DNA of 64,000 bases, from positions 97,588,001 through 97,652,000 of the forward strand of contig OZ024741.1 in NCBI GenBank assembly GCA_964016885.1, in the 5' to 3' direction. How positions within the stretch are numbered: position 1 is the first letter of the stretch; every line of letters begins with the position of its first letter. The translations under genes and the position numbers were made by a program. The DNA is from Eledone cirrhosa. Its lineage: Eukaryota. The notes under the pieces were generated by a model. That model saw nothing but the letters and a program-made list of their open reading frames with translations, searched no databases and was not told the DNA's origin. Positions 1-11,592 of the stretch are shown one piece after another.

Positions 1-966
1 ACATCTTTAAATGGCTGTGACATGATTATATATGTATTTGGATCACGGCTGACTAGGAAATAACACAACAAAAATAACGACTATCTTAGCGATATACTGT
101 CGCAAAATAATTTTCGAAACAGAAAGCTGAACATATAAATAACATGGTTCTAAGTAGTGAAATGTCTATCCTCTACTCAATCCAAGAGACGTGAGAGAAC
201 CGGATGTTAAATGTATCATATTTCTTTTATAAATATAAAAGACGCCCATATTCTGCCCGCTGTGAAATAAATAGGGTATCAAATTGTTTCAACATCAAGT
301 AATCGCATATTAGAAATCCATTTATGTTCACATGCTTACATTGATCTTTTACTAAACATTTGCTGATTGTGATAAATTTTGATGCTCACTATACTATAAT
401 CCAACATGATAGAGATTTTTTTCTAAATTTAACTTAGAGTTAAGTACAATAATGTTGTCAATATATTTAGTCTTAGTGTTAGTGTGAAATATATGCATGC
501 ATTTTTCATTTTAACGTGTTCGCTATTAAATAGCAGGTGTCTTGTCTTAAAATATAGTTAATTACATTATGAAAGCTATCTCTTTAGAATTACCATTTTG
601 AAATCAAACGAAACTGATATTGGTTCTAATTATTTATTCATTTAAATCCCTGGCGTTTAAGTTACCGAAACAAATAAAATAATATTTGTAACATATGTAC
701 GGAGTTTCAATAGAACTGATTCATATACTGCAACTATTCATGAGTTGGTGAGTATAAACACTGAACATAAAATATTAGAGCATTTAATTGGTTGTTTAAT
801 GGATGTTCAATGGCCATTGCCCCCATAGCGAGATAATGTGGATGAAAACATCGGTGATTTGTCTAGTATATTTGCACAAAACTGTACTCTGTTAACCAAA
901 CCCAAGAGGTAGCTGTTGGATGTCGAATAAAAGGCTGGGTCTTATGTCGAAGCCTATATACATCTG

Positions 967-1019
<53 letters not shown>

Positions 1020-1021
<2 letters not shown>

Positions 1022-1145
1022 CGAAGGAAATGTGGTAAGGAACCAGGTGGACCATAACGCACGTACTCAATACTTTTTTTTTTTTAGTCCAGAATTAGCC
1101 GTCGAAACGGCTTCAGCTCACCAGTCGGGGTCCTACTCGTTCCTA
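1020..1145 (-). mobile_element. Mini foldback element, family A (PLE pLTR-derived), partly deleted
   Basis: Tail ACGAAGGAAATGTGGTAAGGAACC...GTACTCAATAC plus opposite-orientation arm TAGTCCAGAATTAGCCGTCGAAACGGC...GTTCCT. Flanked by (TA)n on both sides. Homologous to 1919-3091, 16348-16509, 29101-29293 and 32803-33007. Confidence 0.8.
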
Positions 1146-1162
1146 TATATATATATATATAC

Positions 1163-1396
1163 CTGAACTTCCACCAGGAAATGTTTCGTATCATTGAAAT
1201 GTTCTTTGCTTCTTGGATTTAAATATTCCACGACTCTCTACCACTTTTCCTCTACTAAAATCTTCTTACACCACCTTCTTCTGATGAAGCGTCCGAGAAG
1301 TTAAGACCCTCTTCCTGTTATATCAAGCGTTAATCTCATATATCCCTTCCATATACTGTGCCGATTGTGTTGTTATTTCTGTTTATCTTTTACATA
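1163..1396 (+). mobile_element. Repeat fragment, probable PLE 3' end (family G)
   Basis: Its 3' part (TCAAGCGTTAA...TACTGT.CCGATTGTGT...TTTCTGTTTA.CTTTTACATACA) recurs at ~1805-1875 (+) and ~5599-5660 (-). Contains a lone CTGATGA and ends in a CATA/TA microsatellite. Confidence 0.5.
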
Positions 1397-1399
1397 CAT

Positions 1400-1494
<95 letters not shown>

Positions 1495-1881
1495 AAATAA
1501 ATTTAATTATATTAAATTAAGGGAGTAATGTTCGAGACATGCGCCATATCCACCGTAGAATAAGCTCAAAGATTCCAATGAATAGATCCGAGCATTTTAC
1601 ATCAACTTGAAATTGATTGACATATATATATATTTTTAAAATAAACACATGAAACAATCACAGGGAATAATTTGTAAAGTGTGTAATCACACATAGCTAG
1701 GTAGGTAACTAATTAAAGTTTAATTAGAGCTTCAAATATTACCTTTTAAAAAATGATTAATCCTCCTTGTATATATTTCATTAAAGAAATATATTTCACC
1801 AATAATCAAGCGTTAACCTAATATATTCCTTACGTATACTGTACCGATTGTGTAATTTCTGTTTACCTTTTACATACATAC

Positions 1882-1918
<37 letters not shown>

Positions 1919-3091
1919 ACGAAGGAAATGTGGTGAGGAAACAGATGGACCATAACGCACCAAAGTACTCAATACTTAGGTGAGTAGCGTGGGTAATAGG
2001 AACAAGTATGACCCTGATGGCAGAGCTCAAGCCATTTCGACGCCTAATTCTGGACTAAATAATAATGTTTAGCCTGGTAAATAAATAGCCGAACTTCTCA
2101 GGGGGTAACTTCTTATATGGGAAGATAGTAATTGTCAAAAGGATTGGTCAACAATTGGTTGTAAAGACAGATGATTCTATCATGGCATTTAGTGGGAGGT
2201 AGGGGTGGCTGAACTCGCCGGTAGAACAAAGAGGGAGTGGGGGAAACCCTGTCAAGCGTTGAAAGTGAAATCTATACAGCAGATTCTAAGGATAGTGTAA
2301 AGAAGGTCGAAAAAAGTGTACTGAAGACGGGGGGGGGGGGTTGAAAGAATAGGTAAATCGAAAGGGAGTAAACAAAAAAACCATTATAAAAATAAGGAAA
2401 TAAATATATAAAAAGCAATATCTGGTTACTACTCCATCCCCACAATCACCAAATCTCTCATTGGCATTGCTAAGCTAGAGAAAAGTTTAATAGGTGGAGA
2501 AAAATACTAAATATGAGATTGTAGTGAAAGAATTTTATAAAGCCGGCTTTAGTTAGTAGTAATCAGCCAATGCTATCTTACAATGACAGGTTAATAAGTT
2601 GAGAACAAACATACTGAAATACTACTACAAAAATATTAATACGAAATATTAATTCAGAATACTAATACATTATTTATTTCCTTATTTTTATAATGTTTTA
2701 TTAGCTTACTCCCTTTCGATTTACCTATTCTTTCAACTTAATCCCCCCCCCCCCTCCACTTCTCCAGTACACTTTTTTCGACCTTCTATACACTATCATT
2801 AGAATCTGCTGTATAGATTTCACTTTCAACGTTTGACTGTGTTTCCCCAACTCCCTCTTTGTTCTACCGGCAAGTTCAGCCACCACTACCTCCCACCAAA
2901 TGCCATGATAGAATCATCTTTCTTTACAACAAATGTTTGACCAATCCTTTTGACAATTACTATCTTCCCATATAAGGAATTACCCCCTGAGAAGTTCGGC
3001 TATTGATTTACCGGGCTAAAAATTCTTATTTAGTCCAGAATTAGCCGTCGAAACGGCTTGAGCTCTGCCATCGGGGTCATACTTGTTCCTA
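1919..3091 (-). mobile_element. Foldback element family A: ~415-bp inverted arms plus 78-nt tail
   Basis: Arms ~1997-2407 and ~2671-3091 are reverse complements. The unpaired tail is 1919-1996. (TA)n on both flanks; hammerhead-like motif in each arm. Confidence 0.85.
2982..3077 (+). ncRNA. Hammerhead-like motif, type I, variant core CUGAGAA (mirror copy ~2011-2108 on -)
   Basis: Stem I ACCCC/GGGGT, core CTGAGAA (2987-2993), stem II G..CGGCTA/TAGCCG.C with long insert, GAAA (3050-3053), stem III (C)GGC/GCC, triplet ATC here and GTC in other copies. Confidence 0.55.
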
Positions 3092-3103
3092 TATATATAT
3101 ATG

Positions 3104-3167
<64 letters not shown>

Positions 3168-3168
<1 letters not shown>

Positions 3169-3840
3169 GAAAATAACGTCAATTAGGAATCTTGAATTTT
3201 CGAACATACTAAGCGCCGTAGAAATATTTTGCAAGATGTAGGAAACTTAAACGCAGAAAATAATTGTAATTACAGCCAGTTGCCATAAAATAGCTTATAA
3301 CAATTAGGAAAAAACAACTGAGACGGAAAATGTTACCAGCTGTCTCTATGAAGAATCTCCAAGAGATATGGAATTAAATTCAGTTTTGTCTGTCTCTGGA
3401 GACCTTTACTCAATTTTCGTAAGATATTTTGTAGCAACTGAATGCAATTGCAGTCATTTCCTACGCATGAGCTTCCTACATATCACATATGTAAATATAT
3501 ATATATATATATGTATATTTACATATGTGATATGTAGGAAGCTCATGCGTAGGAAATAACTGCAATTTCATTCAGTTGTTACAAAATATCTTACGAAAAT
3601 TGAGTAAAGACCTCCAGAGACGGAAAAACTGAATTGAATTCCGTATCTCTAGGAGAATCTTCGTAGAGACAGCTGGTAACATTTTCCGTCTCTAGTTGTC
3701 CTTGCCTAGTTTTTATAAGCTATTTTATGGCAACTGGCTGTAATTACAATTATTTTCTGCGTTTAAGTTTCCTACATCTTGCAAACTATTTCTACGGCGC
3801 TTAGTATGTTCGAAAATTCAAGATTCCTAATTGACGTTAT

Positions 3841-3845
<5 letters not shown>
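3168..3845. repeat. ~680-bp palindrome (family F) centred on (TA)n
   Basis: 3168-~3495 is the reverse complement of ~3515-3845 with scattered mismatches. (TA)n at the centre and on both flanks. Confidence 0.9.
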
Positions 3846-3883
<38 letters not shown>

Positions 3884-3902
3884 TATATATATATATATAT
3901 AT

Positions 3903-5089
3903 ATATGAATGTATATATAGTGTATTTTGCAATACACTGTCTGCTTAATTAAAAGCATTTCGAAGACCTTACGCTATTGTTTTAGAGTAGTGCCAGTCTC
4001 ACTTACTTTAAATGTTCAGCAAACAGGGGAGATAAAGCTGCCGGTCAGGCAGAAATTGAAAACTTGCAAAATACACTATATATATACATTCATATATATA
4101 TCGCTATTTCAGAGCACCAATTCTAATATTCAATTTCTGCCTGACCGGCAACCGCTCTGTATAATCAGTTCCTGATTATTACTAGAATTCTATAAAAATC
4201 AAACATTCATGATTTTCGGCAAACAGGTGGAGTACTTGGCTTTGATAAGTACCAATCAGTACGAAACAGAGCTCTGTTAGGTTTATCTCCCCTGTTTGCT
4301 GAAAATTTCAAGTAAGTGAGACTGTCACTACTCTAAAACAATAGCGTAAGGTCTTCGAAATGCTTTTAATTAAGCATACAGTTTATTGCAAAATACACTA
4401 TATATACATTCATATATATATATATATCGCTATTTCAGAGGACCAATTCTAATTTTCAATTTTTGCCTGACTGGCAACCGCTCTGTATAATCAGTTCCTG
4501 ATTATTACTAGAATTCTATAAGAATTAAACATTCATGATTTTCAGCAAACAGGTGGAGTACTTGGCTTTGATAAGTACCAATCAGTACGAAACAGAGCTC
4601 TGTCAGCTTTATCTCCTCTGTTTGCTGAAAATTTAAAGTACGTGAGACTGTCACTACTTAAAAACAATAGAGTAAGGGCTTCGAAATGCTTTTAATTAAG
4701 CAGAGAGTGTATTGCAAAATACACTATATATATATTCATATATATATCGCTATTTCAGAGCACCAATTCTAATTTTCATTTTCTGCCTTACCGGCAACCG
4801 CTCTGTATAATCAGTTCCTGATTATTACTAGAATTCTATAAGAATCAAACATTCATGATTTTCAGCAAACAGGTGGAGTCTTGGCTTTGATATGTACCAA
4901 TCAGTACCTAACAGAGCTCTCTCAGATTTATCTCCCCGGTTTGCTGAAAATTTAAAGTAAGTGAGACTGTCACTACTCTAAAACAATAGCGTGAGGTCTT
5001 CGAAATGGTTTTAATTAAGCATACAGTGTATTGCAACATACACTATGTATACATTCATATATATATCGCTATTTCAGAGCACCAATTCT

Positions 5090-5092
<3 letters not shown>
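3903..5092 (+). mobile_element. Retrozyme-like tandem array (~320-bp units, ~3.2 copies) preceded by an inverted partial unit (family E)
   Basis: Units start at ~4064, ~4387, ~4712 and ~5031. Hammerhead positions 4238, 4564 and 4883 give periods of 326 and 319. 3903-4062 is an inverted, internally deleted unit. Flanked by (TA)n. Confidence 0.85.
4564..4608 (+). ncRNA. Type I hammerhead ribozyme, U3-A8 core variant (other copies 4238-4282 and degenerate ~4883-4927)
   Basis: GGCT-TTGATAA-GTAC caatca GTAC-GAAA-CAGAGCTCTG-TC^AGCT. Stem III is palindromic. Stem I is extended by TTTTCAGCAAACAG/CTGTTTGCTGAAAA. Confidence 0.8.
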
Positions 5093-5124
<32 letters not shown>

Positions 5125-5137
5125 CGTGTGTATGTAG

Positions 5138-5598
5138 GCGTCAAGGGCAAAGGAGCTCTTAAGAGTCAATGGCCATCCAAAATCACCGGGAGAGATGACC
5201 CCTTAGCCTTTGTCAAGGCAGAACTCTAGGAGAAGGAAAACTCTGATATAACACCTGCAACCCTGATGGTATCCAATGATGTTGACTTGTTCTTCTTTTT
5301 GGTAAATATCATCTTGGTTAAGAGGGTGGGACTGGCTTTGTACAGTGCCTTTGCTCACTATAAAAGCTTCACGGCACAGGCATTGGTTTATATCTGGAGA
5401 TCTCTCTGCACTTGTCGTCACATGGTACCATGGGCCCAGCACTATGTGTCAATAATTGTCACAAGTGTAGTGTTTGTACCAGAGTTTTCAAGTCGCTGGC
5501 TGGACTAAAATGTCACACTCGTTCAGCGTATCGGTAGGAGTTCTCCTACATGGATATAAAGTAGTGGCCGTACTTGAAAACGAGTTGGCAGCCACCAT
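5138..5598 (+). mobile_element. Internally deleted RTE-clade LINE relic
   Basis: ~5458-5525 encodes CHKCSVCTRVFKSLAGLKCHTRS, like the last zinc finger of the RTE at 60522-61889. The 3' end GGCCGTACTTGAAAACGAGTTGGCAGCCACCAT matches the RTE 3' end at ~54355-54395 (-). The 5' part resembles an RTE 5' UTR. Confidence 0.6.
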
Positions 5599-5673
5599 GT
5601 AAAAGGTAAACAGAAATTACACAATCGGTACAGTATACGGAAAACATATATCAGGTTAACATATATATATATA

Positions 5674-6757
5674 AAATATATGGAGAATAGGATTGGCTGT
5701 GTAGTTGCTAGTTAAGTTAGCTTAACATGGAGTGAGAATAAGAACGGGGGGGGGGGGGGTTCTTCATCAGTTGTCTACTGGATGTCTCGGATATTTCCAC
5801 TCTAAAGACAAGATATCTACCGCTCAGAGCGTTCAATAACTGGGTAAGTTATTGGGAAAACCGAGGAGGAGGGAAGGAAAATAGAAAGGAAAATGGAAGA
5901 AAAGAGAAAGCAGCGAAAAAAAACACTGAAAATAACAACAAACCGAGCAATGTGCGAGCAACTTAAGGTAAGAAAATAGACCACAGCGATAAGAGAACTT
6001 CCGAGACCCCCAGTAGACAACCGATGAGGACCCCCCCCCCTCCCCCGCAGTCCTTGCTTTCTTCTTATTCTCACTCCATTTTAAGCTACCCTAACTAGCA
6101 ACTTCACAGCCAATCCTATTCTCCATATATTTTATCATGTTTCGCTGTGACCCGTCTTCTCTCTCCTACCTACCTATTTCATTTCTATCTACTCTTCCCC
6201 CTCTTTCTTCCTCTCACTTTCACTCATCCTCTCTACCAGTCTTCTCTCTTCTTCTACCTTCCTATTTCGTTACTATCTACTCTTACCCCACTTTCTTCAT
6301 CTCACTTTCTCCCTCTAACTTTCACTCATCCTTTCTCTGCTTGCCATATCACTGTTTCCTTCACCTGACCATCTAGTAGTCCTTTTCTCACTTACAACTC
6401 GCTGGGGTGAGATGTGCGTCTTTTTCCTCGCCTACACGCTGTTGAACTTAAATTCTCTTATCGCTGTGGTCTTGGATTTTCTCATCTTAAGTTGCTCGCA
6501 CATTGCTCTGTTTGTTGTTGTTTTGTTTTTTTCGCTGTTTATTTTCGCCGTTTTCTCTTTTCTTCCCTTTTCCATTCTATCTTCCTTTCCATTCTATCGC
6601 TCCTCCGTTTTCCCAATAACTTACCCAGTTATTGAACGCTCTGGGTTGTCGATATCTTGTCTTTAAAGCGTGGAAATATCCGAGACCCCCAGTAGACAAC
6701 TAATGAGGAAGCCCCCTCTCGTTCTTGCTTTCTTCTTATTCTCAATCCATTTTAAGC
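5674..6757 (+). mobile_element. Foldback/partial tandem element (family D), pLTR-like
   Basis: 5674-~5998 is the inverted copy of ~6455-6757 and ~6001-6130. 6001-6090 is a direct repeat of ~6680-6757. TA runs on both flanks; C(T/C)(G/A)ATGA motif in each copy. Confidence 0.75.
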
Positions 6758-6799
<42 letters not shown>

Positions 6800-8263
6800 C
6801 AATGATATTAAATAAATGGAAACTATATTTATAAAACCATATTTATTGTATTATATATATTTCAAGGGCATCCAAGACAACACTGGTACGCTTTCATAAG
6901 ATAAAATACAGGGTTTGTTTTATAAATAGAGACATAACCATGAAAATCATACCTTATCGGTTGGAAATTCACTGGATAGTGGAAATATATTAGGGATTAT
7001 TCAAACTTATGTGTGAATATGCAAATGAATATGTAAATAAGGGAAAGACAACCGTTTATTTAAATGACACCGAAGAAAGAAAGGGAAAAAAAAAAATATT
7101 ACGAGAGAGATAGAGAGAAGAAATTACCAAGAGGATGAATAGAACTCATGTTATGTTAATATGGGGTGGGGGATATATTTTAAGTATATATCTACTAATG
7201 GGACGTGTATTTACGATTAATTAGTTGTTAAAATTCTTTTCTAATATAATATTTACTGATATAAGTAGATAGACAAATAAATAGATATATATAGAAAAAT
7301 AAATATATAGAAAAATTGATAGAAAAGTAGATGGAAAAATAAATAGACAGAAAAATAGATACAATAATAAATAGAAAAATCAATCAATAAATAGATAAAT
7401 AGATAAATAGATATTAAATGGATATATGGGTATATCGTGTTTATAGATAATTGTTTTAATGAGTTATGAGGGATATTGGTTTATATTTAATGTAAGTAAA
7501 TATTGAGTTAAATTAAATTAATTTAACTGAGTTAATAAGAATATTTATATTTATAAAATGAGAAGATACGGAAAAAACTCCAGTTTTGTTTATTTATTCG
7601 TTAGTATGAGACTATTTTGTCAAAATAATTATAAATGTTAAAGATATAAATGTTGAAAGATATATTTAGCCTGAATTAGTTAGTGGTTATAAATCTAAAA
7701 AAAGATATTAAAAAAATGTTATTAAAAAATATTAAAAATTCGGGAAATTTAAAAAAAAAATAATTTATAAGAGATAAGTAAATTAAAAAAAAATATGCAA
7801 TTTAAAAAAAAAAGTAATTAAAAAAAATATATGAAAAAATTAAGAAATTAAAAATAAAGAATTACATTTTTTTTCCTCTCTTTCTTTTTCTGTCTTTCTC
7901 CAGTGTCATTTAAATAAACAGTTGTTTTTCAATTATTTACATATTCATTTGCATATAAACACATAAGTTTGAATAATTCCTAATATATTTCTACTATCCA
8001 GTGATTTTCCAATCGATAAGGTATGATTTTCATGGTTATGTCTCTATTTATAAAACAAACTTTGTATTTTATCTGATGAAAGCGTACCAATGTTGTCTTG
8101 GTTACCCTTGAAATATATATAATAAAATAAATATGGTTTTATAAATATAGTTTCCATTTATTTAATATCATTGAATAATAACTCCAGTAAATTGTGGAGT
8201 GCTATAAATCAGTTATAATCATTTATGTTTGTCGGACTTCCAACAAATTAAATAAAACTTATA

Positions 8264-8267
<4 letters not shown>
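6800..8267 (+). mobile_element. Foldback element family C: ~300-bp inverted arms plus ~94-nt tail
   Basis: 6800-~7095 is the reverse complement of ~7865-8173, with an AT-rich spacer. The tail 8174-8267 runs into (TA)n. Hammerhead in the arms. Confidence 0.85.
8065..8129 (+). ncRNA. Type I hammerhead ribozyme with palindromic minimal stem III
   Basis: TATTTTAT-CTGATGA-(AAG.GTACCAA...TTGGTTAC.CTT)-GAAA-TATATA-TA^ATAAAATA. The mirror copy at ~6844-6908 has the mutated core CTTATGA. Confidence 0.75.
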
Positions 8268-8337
<70 letters not shown>

Positions 8338-9622
8338 TGTGTGTGAATGTATGTGTGTATGTATGCACGTATGCATGTGTATACACCTACACATGATTAT
8401 CTATCTGCAATTATTTTTTCGTTTAAGGTAATAAACCAATTCGGTGTTCACAATTGACTGAGCTGAAGTTACTGATTATTCGAGTCGGGTATACGGTCAA
8501 TACAGTGAACATCAATTTCTACATGTCTAAATTTAATTACCTTTTATACGTCAAGTCTCAATTCGAAATATCGTGACTCCTAGTCAATGATTCTTTAGAG
8601 TTTTTAAGCCAGAACGTTTGTAAGTCGATTTTTCTTGTAAATTGTTGGCAGAAAAAAAGTTATGGAATGCATTTAGGTTTTATTTCGAGAAAATATTTTT
8701 AACTGTATACTCCAGGGGTGAAATATAATTAATTTCAAGGGTCAAAACTATAACCAATTAACCAGCTTTAAAATGTCGGACTGGTTGAAATATCATTTCA
8801 ATTGTATTTATGTGTTTTGATGAGATCTGTTGTATAACCAATACTATCAATTTGTTTGTTACCCTATCATTCTTAACCTCAAGACCCAGCCCTTTCATAA
8901 ATATGGGCACACTTTCCAAGCAATTGTTTATAGTTAAATCTGCTGTCCAATGTGATGTTTGAGATTTTTCTCATTGCCTGTTGCCATCAAACAGCAGTAT
9001 ATCATACAAAATGCAATATCTTCCACAATTAACTTAACCATTGAGATAAAGCCTCAGCTATGTTATATATTTGTTCTACCAGTAAATATTATCAGTATTT
9101 TAGTTTTTTGATCTTTCAATTTTATGTATGATATAATGCGTGAATATGTGTATTTTCAAGAGATGTTTAATAAATGCATTTCGTACAGTTAAATGTTGCT
9201 TGGTTATTGAATTGACACAGCCTAGGATTTTCAATATTTCAGTTCAAGACAATATTCGTATTATGTGAGAGGTGTTGAAGTGAATTTCAAATACTTTTAA
9301 TTCTATGAGAATAGGAGAAGAAATATAATATAATGTGAATTTTGCATGGCAATGTATTGTTAAAGGACATTCATAAATTAGATAGGCTATGCAATTAAAA
9401 CGAATAACCGAAGCAGAATTTAATAGAATTAAGCGTAAGCGAATATAGTCTTTCCTAATAAAGAATCAATCAATGTATTGATCACATTAAAGCTAAGAAT
9501 ACATCTTGTATTCGTGATATTCCAGACACAAACCTTACTTCAACATGTGTATTATAATATATTATGGCATCACAGCTACATATAAAAAATTAAATCACAG
9601 CTACATATAATAAATTAAATCC

Positions 9623-9624
<2 letters not shown>

Positions 9625-9672
<48 letters not shown>

Positions 9673-9783
9673 ATTTAAATTATTCATATTTATATAAATA
9701 CATACTATAATATATATATAAATGCATACATAGATAAAGATAGAGAGAGAGAGAGAGGGTGATATATATATATATATATATAT

Positions 9784-9870
<87 letters not shown>

Positions 9871-9896
9871 GCGAGAGAGAGAGAGAGAGAGAGAGC
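9625..9896. repeat. Compound (TA)n/(GA)n microsatellite
   Basis: Directly visible dinucleotide runs. Confidence 0.95.
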
Positions 9897-10120
9897 ATAA
9901 AATTAACCGCTTCACCTCAGGTTTTTGACTAGGAAAATAGTTTCAGAAGTTGGGAACACGTATATTTGGAACCGTATAAAATGAAAATAAAATGTTGACT
10001 AGAAGAACTCAAACTCAGAGCTGCAACATGATACGTAATGAATGTATGGTTCTGTAATTCTCGAGGTTGTCGTAGGGGCGCCGCATAAGAATACACAAAC
10101 GAATGCGTAAAAAGCGAGAT

Positions 10121-10157
<37 letters not shown>

Positions 10158-10470
10158 GGAAGCAATAAATGATAATATAATCAGGAGAATCAAATCTGAT
10201 GTTATAGGTTGCCGAAACGGACACTGACGGCCTATTCGAGGCGAGAATGTCTAACACAATAGTTAAACTCTCTCATATAGTATTATAAAATACTGGGGAC
10301 GATATGAAATTACAGAATAGCACCAGACACGAACGATAAAAGAACAAAAAAATAAAAGATACATAATTTACGTACAATTACACGCACAGAGAGGTACTCA
10401 TACACACATACACACACACACTCTCTCTCTCTCATACACACACACACACATGCATATATATCTATATATA

Positions 10471-10526
<56 letters not shown>

Positions 10527-11106
10527 AGAGTTTATATGTATGTGTTTGTATGTGGCTAAGGAGAGACATAGAAAAATCAGTAATATACCAATGCTTGATA
10601 ACTTCACATCAAACAAATATCTGAGACAGAAAAAATTCTTTGCTCAACTAGAGATAGTTAAATATAATTCAATAGCATACGTTAATTCAGAGGGAAATTC
10701 GGATTCGGGAGATTTCGTTCATATGAATCGACAATTAATATTACATCACCAAATCATGAGTAAAATGTTTTATATCTAATAAAATAACAGAAATAATATA
10801 CCGAAACAGATTTATAAATATAGTTATCAATATGTTCAAACCTCAAGTTTCATATAAAACTGGCTTCTACAGTACTGGAACTATTTCTTTCAAAAGAAGT
10901 CATGAGGTGTAATGGTTTGTTTCAAATGAAACAGTTCCATTTCTGCATAATTCATTTCTACATTAAACTTGATATATATATATATACATATATATCGGCA
11001 CTAGACAAGATTGTTTCTTCATCTTACATTCTCATCCGGGAACAGTTCTGTATGGCGCCAGTTCGTGATTTGAACTCGGGAATTTTATATTCTCCGAGTG
11101 AGAAGA

Positions 11107-11184
11107 ACCCTCTGACGAAAGTCTTCATCTCAATGAATTTCCGCATGGATTATCCATTTATTTTGAGACTTGAAACCGCGGGGT
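11107..11184 (+). ncRNA. Degenerate hammerhead lacking its cleavage triplet
   Basis: ACCCT-CTGACGA-AAGTCT...AGACTT-GAAA-CCGCGG-GGT. The UH and the first stem I bases are missing. Lies in a ~270-bp unit (10995-11260) between TA runs. Confidence 0.6.
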
Positions 11185-11282
11185 AATGGTAATTATAGCA
11201 GGTACAGTGAACTTTTTAAAATTTATTTCAAAACTCTTTCTTATTTGCTAAACATTGATTATATATATATATATATATTTAT

Positions 11283-11524
11283 ATTTGAGGACAGATTTAT
11301 GGTTTAAGAAAGAAACGCTTATATAATAACAGAGAAAAATTGTATTCTTACAAAAATAACAAAAAACATAAAGCTAAATTATCAATTTAATAATTTCATT
11401 CAATATAACCACCATAAGGATAGTTATTTTCATTGTTATTTTCTGAAATAAAAGTTCATTAAAATTAGTCAAATAAAATAATGACTAAAAATGCATGTGT
11501 CCTCAGATACCGTCCGCACCCTGT
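11283..11524 (-). mobile_element. MITE-like deletion derivative of the adjacent maT transposon
   Basis: Reverse complement of both ends of 11590-12958 joined together. Carries the SINE-free empty site TAGTCAAATAAAATAATGAC. Confidence 0.85.
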
Positions 11525-11558
11525 CCCACTCTCTCTCTCACTCTCTCTCTCTCTCTCG

Positions 11559-11589
<31 letters not shown>

Positions 11590-11592
<3 letters not shown>

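Noticed and set aside
1275-1300. CTGATGAAGCGTC hammerhead candidate
   Set aside because: No GAAA or stem II; at best a deleted remnant.
10196-10235. CTGATGT...GCCGAAACGG hammerhead candidate
   Set aside because: Core mismatch and no convincing stems I or III.
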